Source: a virus. From it: DNA of 64,000 bases. The stretch lies in the IMG/VR virus record IMGVR_UViG_3300046455_000317, positions 3,003 through 67,002 of that record. The stretch is one strand, 5' to 3'. Under the pieces are notes generated by a model, which saw nothing but the letters and a program-made list of their open reading frames with translations, was not told the origin of the DNA and did no database searches. A program made the position numbers and the translations under genes. Shown here piece by piece: positions 18,122 to 27,653 of this stretch. Positions within the stretch are counted from its first letter, which is position 1; every line of letters begins with the position of its first letter.

Positions 18122-18150
18122 AGTATAGCCGAGTTAAAAACCTCGCGCAA
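18122..18150 (-). promoter_or_regulatory. Putative promoter TTGCGC-N17-TATACT for the replication/modification arm
   Basis: Minus strand reads TTGCGC GAGGTTTTTAACTCGGC TATACT. Confidence 0.55.
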
Positions 18151-18267
18151 GCCCCATAACACTGACGTCCGGTTTGTTGGGATGGCCCAGACAGATACTC
18201 GAATGGCTCAGCTGCGGCCGGTATGGCTCAGCTGAGAGGTCTACGGTAGAGCTTAGACCGAAGACGA

Positions 18268-18330
18268 TGCCGGCACACCTAGGATTGGTGAGCCCGTAGG
18301 CCTGTAGGGTAGCCCAGCCCGGTTCCCAAT
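18268..18330. repeat. Palindromic intergenic element, copy 1
   Basis: TGCCGGCACACCTAGGATTGG ... CCTGTAGGGTAGCCCAGC ... CCCAAT. Confidence 0.75.
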
Positions 18331-18452
18331 CGCGGTATCGGGCCCACTCCGGGCCAGCGGGCACCACTTTCCCGGCGATGTCCTCGGACGGGCCCACCCA
18401 CCCTCCGGGGTGGGTCCGTCCGGTGAATAGCCGAAACAGCTATAAACCTGAC

Positions 18453-18538
18453 GGGCACAGCCCGGTCAGCTGATTGGAAGATGCCCTGTAGGGTAGCCCA
18501 GCATTTCCTCCAATCATCATTCCTAGGTGTGCCGGCAA
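18453..18538. repeat. Palindromic intergenic element, copy 2 (core reversed)
   Basis: GGCACAGC..TGATTGGA..TGCCCTGTAGGGTAGCCCAGCAT..TCCAATCATCATTCCTAGGTGTGCCGGCAA. Confidence 0.85.
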
Positions 18539-18627
18539 AGCGGGCACGCGGTTCTCGCGGCCATCCCTCCGGCATCCGGGTGGGCTCCAGCCGAAGTCAG
18601 CGCCGACAGTCGAGGTGGACGTGGAAG

Positions 18628-18694
18628 CCTAGATGTAGGCTAGGCCACCCGGAGGTGGCCTAGATGTAGGACGGGCCACCCGAAGGTGGCCCGT
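18628..18694. repeat. Tandem GC hairpins with CCTAGATGTAGG direct repeats
   Basis: TAGGCCACC-CGGA-GGTGGCCTA and ACGGGCCACC-CGAA-GGTGGCCCGT (UUCG loop on the minus strand); no U-tract. Confidence 0.7.
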
Positions 18695-18725
18695 GGTCGA
18701 GGGAGGTGGACTGGCGAGGGACTGG

Positions 18726-19196
18726 CTAGACGGCGGCAGGTTCCGGGGTGGCTTCGGTCGTGGCGATGCCCGCCTTCACCGCAGCCGCCAGAGCCTTGGC
18801 TGCCTTCTCCTGGGCCTTCTGGGCGCGTGCGGTCTGCTTCGCGGCCAGCGCCTGGGCCTTGGCCAACTTCTCCGCGGTCATCTTCGCGCCACCGCCGCCA
18901 CCGACGCGCACCGCGCCAGCCGGGGCAAACACGCCTTCGGGCACTTCCAGGGTAATGGACTCCGGCAGGTCAGCGAACGTCTGGCCGGTGGCGAATGCCG
19001 ACTTGGAGAAGCGCACCGAGCCAGCGCCGAACGAGAAGTACACCTCACCACCCTTGTTGGTCTTCGTCTTCTTGAGCGTCAGATTCATCAGCTTTGCTCC
19101 ATCGTTGGGGTTGCTCGCCGCGACCACCGGGGTGGGGACCACCGCTGCAACCGACTTCACCGCTGCCGCCGTCTTCGCCGTCTTCTGGTTCTTCAT
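18726..19196 (-). CDS. Ala/Lys-rich basic protein (possible nucleoid/DNA-binding)
   Basis: K/A-rich termini; own promoter; strong codon bias. Confidence 0.65.
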   Translation of the reverse strand: MKNQKTAKTAAAVKSVAAVVPTPVVAASNPNDGAKLMNLTLKKTKTNKGGEVYFSFGAGSVRFSKSAFATGQTFADLPESITLEVPEGVFAPAGAVRVGGGGGAKMTAEKLAKAQALAAKQTARAQKAQEKAAKALAAAVKAGIATTEATPEPAAV

Positions 19197-19244
19197 ACAT
19201 TCACTCCATCAAATCCGCGTTAACCAACCAAACCAACTTCGACT

Positions 19245-19274
19245 AGCCTACTGTGCCGTGGAACCGGAGGGCAA
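19245..19274 (-). promoter_or_regulatory. Early-type promoter (TTGCCC-N18-TAGGCT)
   Basis: Member of the repeated promoter family; leader GGTTGGTTAACGCGGA shared with 58784-58799. Confidence 0.55.
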
Positions 19275-19314
19275 GAACTTTTTGACTGTTGGGAACATCC
19301 CATAGCCAAATTCG

Positions 19315-19581
19315 CTACCTGGGGTGCCTCTGGCCACCCCACTCGTCAGGAAACTGACGCCGCAGACGGCGCCACATACGGTCGATTGCCTTGACGAGGG
19401 TGGGCTCCACCGAATCCACGAGGTCCATCTGGAAGCCAAATGCCTCCTTGGCCCACGTCACCATCTCTGAGCGGCCCACCCGAAGGTCCGGGTGGGCGTA
19501 GTTTGGATCCGTGGTCGGCGTTCTGGAGCGCCACCGGCGCTCCATCTCCGCCACGAATCGCTCTATCTGGATGGTCGTCAC
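19315..19581 (-). CDS. Hypothetical protein
   Basis: GTGA overlap with upstream gene. Confidence 0.5.
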   Translation of the reverse strand: MTTIQIERFVAEMERRWRSRTPTTDPNYAHPDLRVGRSEMVTWAKEAFGFQMDLVDSVEPTLVKAIDRMWRRLRRQFPDEWGGQRHPR

Positions 19582-19883
19582 CGGACCACCCAGCCAGTGA
19601 CGCGGCCAGCGCTCACCGGCGGCCACGTCGCCCAATCACACTCCTCCAGGTCATCCGCCTTCACCCGATTGAGCGCCACCCCAATGGTGAGGAAATCGAA
19701 GTTGCGGACATCCGTCTCGCAGTTGGCCTCTTCCACGGTGGCCCGGAAGGCATAGGTGCCCTCGACCACTGGGTCTGGGGAGCACTGGAGGGATTTGATC
19801 TGGCCCAACTCAATCCCCATGTACTCCATAATCGCCAGGCCGATGGTTCCCGTGGTCTTCATCTTGATAGGCATCGTCATCAC
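19578..19883 (-). CDS. Hypothetical protein
   Basis: AAGGAG RBS; operon packing. Confidence 0.55.
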   Translation of the reverse strand: MMTMPIKMKTTGTIGLAIMEYMGIELGQIKSLQCSPDPVVEGTYAFRATVEEANCETDVRNFDFLTIGVALNRVKADDLEECDWATWPPVSAGRVTGWVVR

Positions 19884-20146
19884 ATACGCTCCTTGGCGGC
19901 CTGGTTGGCCGCGGTTTCCGCCTGGTTCACTCGGCTCATCGCTTCATCGAGGAGAGTCATCGCCGCGCTGGTCGCCCAGTCGCCCACTCGCGCGGTTCCA
20001 TCCCACAGGTCGCCATCCACCGTCTCACGGAGGTGGGTCTTGGCGCTGTCGAGGATGGTCGCTGCCTTCATCGCCGTCCGACGCGCAGCCGGATCGAACA
20101 CCGTCTTGGGGCGGTATGGCCAGCCCCCATGGTTCAAGCGGCGCAT
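19880..20146 (-). CDS. Hypothetical protein
   Basis: TAATG overlap with the HNH gene. Confidence 0.5.
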   Translation of the reverse strand: MRRLNHGGWPYRPKTVFDPAARRTAMKAATILDSAKTHLRETVDGDLWDGTARVGDWATSAAMTLLDEAMSRVNQAETAANQAAKERM

Positions 20147-20580
20147 TAGCGTCCACCTCGGCACGCCGCCACGAAGCCACCACGACGGGCAATCAACGCC
20201 TTGGCCGCCACCACGTCGATGGTTCGCTTGGTCGTCTTGGCGACGTGGGCGAGAATCGCGTTGGGCTTTACCCCATGGTCCAGATACGCGGCCACGACGC
20301 CAGCGAACGTCTTCGTGGACCGATTGCCCCGGCTGTCGTTGCAGCGTTTGCAGCAGGTAACCAGATTACCCTCGTGGTTGGAGCCGCCCTTGGACTGGGG
20401 CTTGAGATGGTCGAGCGTCAGGATGACGCCATCCTCGATGGGCGTCCCACACCAGACACAGGCGAGCCCATCCCGCAGGTAAATCGCCAAGCGCTTGGCT
20501 GGGCGAATCCAATTCATACCCTGGCCGTCACGGTTCCGATTCCTCGCCACCATCGCCGTCTTCACCGTCTTCGTCGCCAT
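20146..20580 (-). CDS. HNH endonuclease
   Basis: RDGLACVWCG, LTLDHLKP..GGSN..NLVTCCKRCN. Confidence 0.9.
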   Translation of the reverse strand: MATKTVKTAMVARNRNRDGQGMNWIRPAKRLAIYLRDGLACVWCGTPIEDGVILTLDHLKPQSKGGSNHEGNLVTCCKRCNDSRGNRSTKTFAGVVAAYLDHGVKPNAILAHVAKTTKRTIDVVAAKALIARRGGFVAACRGGR

Positions 20581-20610
20581 CGTCACATCCTCCATAACCG
20601 AACACATCGT

Positions 20611-20668
20611 AAACTCAACGAGTTGAGTTTAACTGTGGGTTCAGTGGAGGGCAAGAAAAATCGTGACG
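20611..20668 (-). promoter_or_regulatory. Early promoter TTGCCC-N17-TAAACT with palindrome over -10 and upstream GTCACGA box
   Basis: Minus strand CGTCACGATTTTTCTTGCCC..TAAACTCAACTCGTTGAGTTT; near-identical copy at 58803-58860. Confidence 0.75.
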
Positions 20669-20775
20669 CCACCGGCAGAAAGTTGCTAAGTTGTGATCGG
20701 GGTGGGACTTCACGGGACCACTTTTGGTGGCCCCGTGGAATCCCTGGGGTTTGATGGGATGGGCGGTGGGAGGCA

Positions 20776-21030
20776 CTACTCCACGACGTGGAACACCACC
20801 TCGTGCGGCATCATCTCCACGAGGGTGCCGTCAGGCCGCATACAGGTGAGCGTCGTCTCCCACTCATCGCTCAGGGCGGTGCCCGCCACCACCAGACGGC
20901 TGGTCTCGTAGCTGTAGGTCTGGGCGCTCACCAGGGTCACGGTCGTGCCCTCATCCTTCTTGGTGGGATGGAGGTCACGCCCATTGTAGCCGTCGAAGTC
21001 CACGCGGACGATGCGAAAGGTCAGTCTCAT
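20776..21030 (-). CDS. Hypothetical protein
   Basis: AAGGAG RBS. Confidence 0.55.
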   Translation of the reverse strand: MRLTFRIVRVDFDGYNGRDLHPTKKDEGTTVTLVSAQTYSYETSRLVVAGTALSDEWETTLTCMRPDGTLVEMMPHEVVFHVVE

Positions 21031-21230
21031 ACATTCTCCTTGAGTAGTTTGCGAAGGCACGGTAGGTGGACGAAGATGGAGCGCATCGAGCCGTCATCGG
21101 CCTGGATGGTGTGGGCCATACAACCCTTGGGCTTGCCGCAGATGGCGCAGGTGCGACCGGCTGGACTTCCGGCTCGCACGAGGGTGCGACCACGGACTAC
21201 GATGGGCGCGGTGGGGTCAAGTCTCATCAC
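21027..21230 (-). CDS. Small Cys/His protein
   Basis: CAIC..HLPC; overlaps both neighbours. Confidence 0.45.
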   Translation of the reverse strand: MMRLDPTAPIVVRGRTLVRAGSPAGRTCAICGKPKGCMAHTIQADDGSMRSIFVHLPCLRKLLKENV

Positions 21231-21388
21231 TTCCTCCGAGCCAGCCCGTAGAGCAACTCCACCCGCTCCCAGCCGGTGGGCGTGCGACGGTCCACCACTG
21301 AGCCCGGACGGGTGGCGCGGATGACCGCTTCCCACCGCTGGTATTCTCTGGTGGTGCCGTCTCTGAAGGTGATTCGATAGCGGCTCAT
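21227..21388 (-). CDS. Hypothetical protein
   Basis: GGAG RBS; ATGA overlap. Confidence 0.45.
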   Translation of the reverse strand: MSRYRITFRDGTTREYQRWEAVIRATRPGSVVDRRTPTGWERVELLYGLARRK

Positions 21389-21780
21389 TCCACTCCCTCC
21401 AGCTTCGGCGCGTAGCCACACCGGATGAGATACTCCGACACGCCGGTGGCGGCCATGGTGGAGAACCGCATCGCCTTGGCGCGGTCTGGACCGTAGCTGA
21501 CCTTGGAAACCGCGTAGCCATCTCCGGGCTTGTAGCTGACCCCGATGACGTACAGGAGTCCACCACGCTTGGCCGCGAGGGAGATGACCTTGTAGCGCCC
21601 ACCGGGTGTTGGTGTCGCCTGGAACGCGGCCACCGCGTTGGCCCTCCGCTCAATCTCTGCCTCCGCTCTGGCGGTATCACGTGCCATGGCCTTCTCCATC
21701 AGGTCCCAAATCCTCTTGGAGTCACCCGATTGGAACGCGGCCAAGGCTTCCTGGCGAAGTGCGCTGTTCTTGGATTTCAT
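21385..21780 (-). CDS. Hypothetical protein
   Basis: AGGAGG RBS; 131 aa. Confidence 0.6.
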   Translation of the reverse strand: MKSKNSALRQEALAAFQSGDSKRIWDLMEKAMARDTARAEAEIERRANAVAAFQATPTPGGRYKVISLAAKRGGLLYVIGVSYKPGDGYAVSKVSYGPDRAKAMRFSTMAATGVSEYLIRCGYAPKLEGVE

Positions 21781-21794
21781 TCATTCCTCCTTGG

Positions 21795-22007
21795 TTACTT
21801 GATTGTCCGCCCACGACGGTCCCAAAGCCCAGCCGCCACCCCATCCTCGTGGCGCTTCCTGGCTTCCTCGATGCGGCGCTGTTCGCCGGGTGAGAGCTTG
21901 GCGAACCAGTTGGCGTAGCGTTTGGCCTTGGTGGCCGCGCGTTTCGCCTCAGCCTCTGGAGACATATCCAGACGCACCCTTGGTGGGAAGTTCATCTCCC
22001 AAGCCAT
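21795..22007 (-). CDS. Small basic hypothetical protein
   Basis: GGAGG RBS. Confidence 0.55.
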   Translation of the reverse strand: MAWEMNFPPRVRLDMSPEAEAKRAATKAKRYANWFAKLSPGEQRRIEEARKRHEDGVAAGLWDRRGRTIK

Positions 22008-22246
22008 TACACACCTCCCTTGGCGCGCTTGGCGCGTGCCTTCTCCACCCGCCGATTCCTCTTGGCCCGCTCCTGGCGTCCCTTCCAGCTACTCCACATC
22101 CGGCAGTTCGCGCAGGCGCACCGATGGGAGTGGGCGCTACGCCCAGCCACCATCGTCCCAAAGTAGCACCCTCCCAGCGGATAGCCATACTCGTTCACTG
22201 GGCCGTCCCCACTCGCGCGTTCCTTCTTCGTCATCGTCTCATTCAT
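22007..22246 (-). CDS. Small basic Cys/His protein
   Basis: HSHRCACANC; GGAGG RBS; directly below a promoter. Confidence 0.5.
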   Translation of the reverse strand: MNETMTKKERASGDGPVNEYGYPLGGCYFGTMVAGRSAHSHRCACANCRMWSSWKGRQERAKRNRRVEKARAKRAKGGV

Positions 22247-22260
22247 TCCAGCCTCCATAA

Positions 22261-22320
22261 TCAAACTCACTACGGTGAGTTTACTGTGACGGCCTGGACC
22301 AAGCAAGCGAAATCGTGACT
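22261..22320 (-). promoter_or_regulatory. Early promoter TTGCTT-N17-TAAACT with palindrome AAACTCAC..GTGAGTTT
   Basis: Same architecture as the 20611 and 58803 copies, including the GTCACGA box. Confidence 0.75.
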
Positions 22321-22466
22321 TCGAGGCAAATAAACCGTAACTTGTGGCTGCTATGTACTTTAGCAGCAACAGTGCACTCCCATATATGGGCCCAACATGG
22401 GGCCCACAAGACCCGTCACCACACCTCGTGATGCACCCAAGGTGGGCCCCATCGTGGGCTGGGTAT

Positions 22467-22739
22467 TCACCGCTCGTCACCCGTCTCCTTGAGAGTGCAG
22501 AGGAGAGCATTCCCAACAAGCATCTGGGCGATGTTCCCGGCGACCATGGTTGCCTCTGGGTTGGGTGGGAGTCGTTTCATCCGTCCGTCTTCGTCCACGA
22601 ACATCACTCGGTGATCGACCACCACCACCGACTCGATGAACCCTCCCACGAGGGTCTGGAGTTCCGTGAGGGTGAAGACCTTGCCGTTGGCGGGCTGGAC
22701 CTCGGTGTGCGTCCCATCGGGTGTTATCAGCGTCGCCAT
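22467..22739 (-). CDS. DUF3846 family protein
   Basis: LTELQTLVGGFIE, VDEDGR..LPPNPEAT, LVGNALL. Confidence 0.8.
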   Translation of the reverse strand: MATLITPDGTHTEVQPANGKVFTLTELQTLVGGFIESVVVVDHRVMFVDEDGRMKRLPPNPEATMVAGNIAQMLVGNALLCTLKETGDER

Positions 22740-22840
22740 CAGCGTGCCTCTTTCTCTTCCATGATCCGCGCGATCTTCTCCAACGCGATGGTGGTGCGCT
22801 CCATCAGTTCGAGGAGTCTCTGGAGTTGCGTTTCAGTCAT
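22739..22840 (-). CDS. Small 33-aa protein
   Basis: AGGAG RBS, TGATG overlap. Confidence 0.4.
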   Translation of the reverse strand: MTETQLQRLLELMERTTIALEKIARIMEEKEAR

Positions 22841-23103
22841 CGTTTCTCCTATGGGATGCCCTTGGGGCATGTTTCCGCGCGTATAGAGTAGCGCGGTTAA
22901 AAACTCCGCCGCAACCTCTACCGGAACTGACGTCAGTTTGTTGGGACTTGCGCGGTTTTTATCTTTCCGGTATCCTATCCGGCTCCCATACGTACCCATA
23001 GAAATCGGTTTCGGAGGTGCCCCATGCCATCCAATTGTGACTCTGTGAAAGAGATCCCTGCTCTGGTGTCTGGTCGGAGCGACCAGTCAATGGAGCAAGC
23101 AGC

Positions 23104-25122
23104 GTGATTCCGGCCGTCTATAAATCCCTGGGCTTCAGGCTTGTCTTCTGGCCGATGATTGGGGATGCGAAAGGCCCCAGAGAACCTGGGTGGAATACCA
23201 AAGTCTACGACATTACCAAGGACTACCACGATGGCTACCGCGTGGGCGTCCTCACTGGCACTGAAATCTCTCCTGGGAAGTTCCTCCACGACGTAGACAT
23301 TGATTGGGCGATAGGGCTTCCCATCGCCAAACTCCTTCCACCGACCCATATGACCTTTGGGCGAGCATCGAAGAAGGTGTCTCATTGCCTCTACACCTGC
23401 CCCGAAGCAGGCCCGGCCAAACGCTTCGAGGACATCGATGGGACATGTCTCATCGAGTTCCGTGGGACCAAGAAAGATATGGAGGTGGGCCTCCAGACGA
23501 TGGTCCCACCGTCGATATGGTCGAAAGAGGGAATGAAAGAGGCTTTGGTATTCGTCAAAGAGGGTATCCCAGACCACTATGAGCTTATCTACCTGATGCA
23601 ACGAGTGACCCTCGTAGCCATTGGGATGATTATTGCGCGTCATCTGGGAGCCAATGGCTTCGGGCACGAGGTCCGTCTGGCTTGGGCGGGATTCCTTCTC
23701 AAGCTTTCCATCGAGCCAGATGACCTCATTTCTATGGGAGAGGGTATCTCCGCCGTCTGTAACAACCTTGAAATTGGCGATGTCCGGACGGCGGTGGAGA
23801 GCACGAGGGACAAGATCAAATCCGGTGGGAAGACCAAGGGTGGACCCGCCCTCGCCAAGTTTATGGGCGAGAATGGGAAGAAGGTTCTGGCCCGGATCTA
23901 CGATTGGCTGGGGCAGGCGTCCGATTTCATCCGCGATGGGAATGGGAAGATCATCAAGGACTCCCAAGAGAACATCCGCCGCGCCTGCGCCAAGCTGGGT
24001 GCCGAGTTTTCCTTCAATGCCTTCGACCATCGGATGATGATTGGGAAGGTGAAGCTGGAAGACGAGCAATCCACGGAGCTATGGCTACGCTTGGATGAAG
24101 AGTTGTTCTTCCGTCCCACAGAGACATTCTTCGAGAAAGTCGTCAATCGAATGTGTTGGGCCAACCCATACCATCCCGTCAAATCCTACCTCGATGCGCT
24201 GGTATGGGACGGAGTGGAACGCATCGACCATTGGTTGGAGGTCTATGGCGGCGCATCTGGGACAACACGCGATGAAGATGACTACCTGAAGGCTGTCTCT
24301 GGGATCGTCTTGGTCGCGGCTGTTCGACGGATTCGAGAGCCTGGCTGTAAGTATGACGAGATGCTCGTGTTGGAGAGCGGCCAAGGGTTATCCAAGTCCA
24401 CAGCGTTGAGAGCGTTGTGCCCCAAAGACGAATGGTTCAGCGATGACCTTCCACTCCACGTAGACGCCAAGGGCGTTATGGAGCGAACAGAAGGCAAGTG
24501 GATCATCGAAGCCTCTGACCTCGCTGGGAAGAAGAAAGCCGATATCGAACATTTGAAAGCGTTGATGTCGAGGCAAATCGACGGCCCAGCGCGGCTCTCA
24601 TACGACCGTCGCCCATCAGAACGTGCCCGCCAGTTCATCCTCGTGGGGACAACCAACTCCAAAGACTATCTCACTGACCCAACAGGCTCCAGGCGATTCT
24701 GGCCCGTAACATGCGGCCGGTTTGACCTGGCCGCCCTGGCGAGGGACAAGGACCAGCTCTGGGCGGAGGCCAATGCTCGCGAGCAACAGGAAGTCAGTAT
24801 CCGACTCCCAGAGCATCTATGGGCGGCAGCGGGTGAAGAGCAGAACAAACGGCGCCAACGTGATCCGTGGGAAGACGATATCGTCAGCTATGTCTCGAAT
24901 ATGACTCCCAGGTCGGATGGGCGAAAGTTCGTCCCATCCTCTCTGATATGGGAGGCGCTGGGAATTGAGAAGGCGCGTCGTGACCGTGTATCTCTCAATC
25001 GCTTTGGGGAGATTATGACGCGTCTGGGCTTCGAGAATACTACCCAACGTTGGGAAGGCGAGCCAGTCAGTGGGTATATTAGTGCTCGAACCCAGTTGGA
25101 CTTGGAGCGTAAGCCAAAGTAA
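23104..25122 (+). CDS. Primase-polymerase-like N-terminal domain fused to VapE/VirE P-loop ATPase (primase-helicase)
   Basis: KGP..GW, DVDID, H.LY (AEP-like); YHPVKSYL..WDGVERID, PGCKYD, GQGLSKST, GTTN..YLTDPTGSRRFWPV. Confidence 0.88.
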   Translation: MIPAVYKSLGFRLVFWPMIGDAKGPREPGWNTKVYDITKDYHDGYRVGVLTGTEISPGKFLHDVDIDWAIGLPIAKLLPPTHMTFGRASKKVSHCLYTCPEAGPAKRFEDIDGTCLIEFRGTKKDMEVGLQTMVPPSIWSKEGMKEALVFVKEGIPDHYELIYLMQRVTLVAIGMIIARHLGANGFGHEVRLAWAGFLLKLSIEPDDLISMGEGISAVCNNLEIGDVRTAVESTRDKIKSGGKTKGGPALAKFMGENGKKVLARIYDWLGQASDFIRDGNGKIIKDSQENIRRACAKLGAEFSFNAFDHRMMIGKVKLEDEQSTELWLRLDEELFFRPTETFFEKVVNRMCWANPYHPVKSYLDALVWDGVERIDHWLEVYGGASGTTRDEDDYLKAVSGIVLVAAVRRIREPGCKYDEMLVLESGQGLSKSTALRALCPKDEWFSDDLPLHVDAKGVMERTEGKWIIEASDLAGKKKADIEHLKALMSRQIDGPARLSYDRRPSERARQFILVGTTNSKDYLTDPTGSRRFWPVTCGRFDLAALARDKDQLWAEANAREQQEVSIRLPEHLWAAAGEEQNKRRQRDPWEDDIVSYVSNMTPRSDGRKFVPSSLIWEALGIEKARRDRVSLNRFGEIMTRLGFENTTQRWEGEPVSGYISARTQLDLERKPK

Positions 25123-25567
25123 GGCAACGTAAGGCAAGCAATAAGAGGAGTTCTATGGGAATTACTCAAGACCAGTATGATACGCTTTTGTTGGAGGTCA
25201 GGCGGATTGCGGAGTTCCAGAGGGAGATGGCGCGACATTTGGGCGTCAAGATCAAACCTGAAAGGATACCAAGCCTCTGGGATATGATGACCGAAGGCGA
25301 GAGAAAAGCTGTTGAAGAGATACCGCGTAAGTCATCGACGTAAGTCATCAGTCCCAAGTCCGTCCCATAAACATTGGGTCGTAAGCTAAGTTTGGGAAGT
25401 AAGGCGTGTCCTCTAGAGGGTCTAGAATCGGAAAAGCTCGGTGCGGGCTTTTCTGGTTCTTCGGCCCGTCTACCCTTTGTCTTACTTGTATTACTGTATT
25501 ACTATTAAAAAATACCCAAAGAAAACCCAGTAAGCAACCGTAAGGCAAGTGAGATTTCTGGCTTACG
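25108..25567. repeat. Cluster of about 11 GTAAG-core motifs plus AT-rich tract (candidate origin or packaging signal)
   Basis: (C/A)GTAAG at 25108, 25118, 25128, 25326, 25339, 25380, 25398, 25529, 25539; inverted at 25481, 25562; AT-rich 25481-25525. Confidence 0.55.
25155..25343 (+). CDS. Hypothetical protein
   Basis: GAGGAG RBS. Confidence 0.55.
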   Translation: MGITQDQYDTLLLEVRRIAEFQREMARHLGVKIKPERIPSLWDMMTEGERKAVEEIPRKSST

Positions 25568-25674
25568 AAATACCACTTGCGCTGTCGCGTGACCTCGATT
25601 AAGCTCCGTCCGGCCTGTGGGAGTCTGCCATCGGCATCGCACCTCGTAACCACCGCCCAGGAGGACGCTCCGCT

Positions 25675-26157
25675 ATGGGTACGACCCATAACGCCCCCAA
25701 AGAGCCTGACGCTATTTCCCCAGGCTATCGGGATTTGCCGCGCGATCCCACGACAAATCGGCCGGTGCTCCCACCGCGCGCTCCCCATATCAAAACCAAA
25801 GGCATGTCTGGGCGGCTCAATGAAGAGCAGCGTGAATTCGCCCGGCGTGTCCTGACTCGTGGGAAAGAAGGCGGGCAAGAGGAATACGAAGCCAATCTGC
25901 GGCGCAGAATGTTGGCCGGAATCCTGGCGCCCCAGCTAGAAATCCTGGTTCTCCACTACATGTATGGGAAGCCGGCAGAGACCGTGGTGGTGAAAAACAA
26001 GGTTCCCAAGGGTTCACCGCTGGGCGAACTCAGCGCCGAAGAACTCCGACTCCGCGCCTTGGCAGTTGCCCAACAAATCGTCGAAGCCCGTACCCAAGCG
26101 GAATCAGCCGATGGGGACCAGGGCGACGACACGGACAATGACGACGCCATCCATTGA
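25675..26157 (+). CDS. terS: Terminase small subunit (putative)
   Basis: Directly upstream of TerL; YMYGKP and LSAEEL motifs; GGAGG RBS. Confidence 0.65.
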   Translation: MGTTHNAPKEPDAISPGYRDLPRDPTTNRPVLPPRAPHIKTKGMSGRLNEEQREFARRVLTRGKEGGQEEYEANLRRRMLAGILAPQLEILVLHYMYGKPAETVVVKNKVPKGSPLGELSAEELRLRALAVAQQIVEARTQAESADGDQGDDTDNDDAIH

Positions 26158-27653
26158 GTAGCGTCTCCATCCCGTTTGGCGAGAGCCCAGAGACTCCCCA
26201 TAGCGCCCCAGGCGCTTATGGGGAGACCCCAAGCCAGCCCTCCTATGGGGAAACGCTCCGCGCTGCCCAACAAGAATTGGACGAAATTGAGGCGGAACTC
26301 GCACGCCGGTCGCTGCTGGTCTTCGTCCGGAAGGCGTGGGACATTGTCGAACCTGACCGCCCATTCGAGACCAACTGGCACATCGAGGTTCTCTGCACGC
26401 TTCTTGAGCGAGTGACCGCTGGGGAACTGCGCCGACTTATCATCAACATTCCGCCTGGGACGATGAAGTCGCTGTTGGTGAGCGTCTTCTGGCCGGCCTG
26501 GGAGATGGCGACCAACCCCAAGCGGCGTTACCTTACGGCGTCCTATGGGAGCCACCTGACGATTCGCGACAACTTACGCTTCCGCGACATCGTCCAGTCT
26601 TCTTGGTACCAGACCCACTATGGGGTAGAGTTCACCTCCGACCAGAACGCGAAGGAACTGCTGAAGACCACGGAAGGCGGGTGGCGCTTCGCGACATCCG
26701 TGGGTGGGGCCGGCACTGGGGAGCACCCAGATAGAATTATCATCGACGATCCCCATACGGCGGAACAGGCCAGATCGGCGGTAGAGCGTGACCGCGCCGC
26801 CAGTTGGTTTGACCGAACCGCGTCCACGCGTGGGGTGATGCGAAATGTCGCCATCCTCCTCATCATGCAGCGGCTCGATGAGGGCGACCTGACGGGTCAT
26901 CTGTTGGAGCGCGATGGGAACTGGATTCACGTCTGCTTCCCCATGCGATTCGAGAAGAATCGCGCAGACTCCCTCGACCACCGCACCGAGGATGGCGCGT
27001 TACTCTGGCCCAAGCTTCTCCCAGAGGAGAAGGTCAGGCAGCTAGAGATAGACCTGGGGCCGTATGGGACGGCCGGGCAGCTGCAGCAGCGTCCCGCCCC
27101 AGAGGGCGGTGGGCTCTTCCAGCGCGATTGGTTCAAGATCGTGGATGCCTCCCCAGCCCAGGCGCGGCGCGTTCGCGGTTGGGATACCGCTGGGACGGAG
27201 GGTGGCGGCGATTGGACCGTTGGGGTCCGGATTGCCGAATATAACGGCCAATTCTTCGTGGAAGACGTCATTCGAGGGCAATGGGGACCGTCTGGGGTCG
27301 ATATGGTGATGCTCCAGACCACGAAGCTGGACGGGCTCAAGTGCGCCCAACGCGAGGAACGCGAGGGTGGGAGCGCGGGCAAGGCGGTCATCGCCGCGCG
27401 AGCCAAGGCGCTGGTCGGGTATGACTACCAGGAAGTCCCCATAAGCGGCTCCAAGATCGTCCGCTCTAAGCCATACCGTTCCCAATGTGCCGCTGGGAAC
27501 GTGTTCCTAGTCCGTGGCGAGTGGAATGAGCCGTACATCTCCGAGCTTTGCACGTTCCCAACCGGCCGCCATGACGACCAGGTAGACGGAAGCAGTGCCG
27601 CGTTCAACGCCGTGCTGCTGGAGCCGGCACTCGATGGGAGTCTGGTATGGTAG
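26154..27653 (+). CDS. terL: Terminase large subunit
   Basis: RLIINIPPGTMKS (Walker A), IIIDDP (Walker B), IMQRL, GWDTA, HDDQVD nuclease motifs. Confidence 0.95.
   Translation: MSSVSIPFGESPETPHSAPGAYGETPSQPSYGETLRAAQQELDEIEAELARRSLLVFVRKAWDIVEPDRPFETNWHIEVLCTLLERVTAGELRRLIINIPPGTMKSLLVSVFWPAWEMATNPKRRYLTASYGSHLTIRDNLRFRDIVQSSWYQTHYGVEFTSDQNAKELLKTTEGGWRFATSVGGAGTGEHPDRIIIDDPHTAEQARSAVERDRAASWFDRTASTRGVMRNVAILLIMQRLDEGDLTGHLLERDGNWIHVCFPMRFEKNRADSLDHRTEDGALLWPKLLPEEKVRQLEIDLGPYGTAGQLQQRPAPEGGGLFQRDWFKIVDASPAQARRVRGWDTAGTEGGGDWTVGVRIAEYNGQFFVEDVIRGQWGPSGVDMVMLQTTKLDGLKCAQREEREGGSAGKAVIAARAKALVGYDYQEVPISGSKIVRSKPYRSQCAAGNVFLVRGEWNEPYISELCTFPTGRHDDQVDGSSAAFNAVLLEPALDGSLVW

Noticed and set aside
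18110-18726. tRNA or known ncRNA in the large intergenic gaps (also 33104-33244, 55447-55871)
   Set aside because: No cloverleaf or T-loop consensus recognised; only hairpins and the repeat family reported above.
20146-20580. HNH as an intron/intein-borne homing endonuclease
   Set aside because: Free-standing, under its own promoter, and not interrupting any gene.
24376-24402. Degenerate Walker A (GQGLSKST) suggesting an inactive helicase
   Set aside because: The Lys-Ser-Thr core and other VapE motifs are intact; the ORF is uninterrupted.
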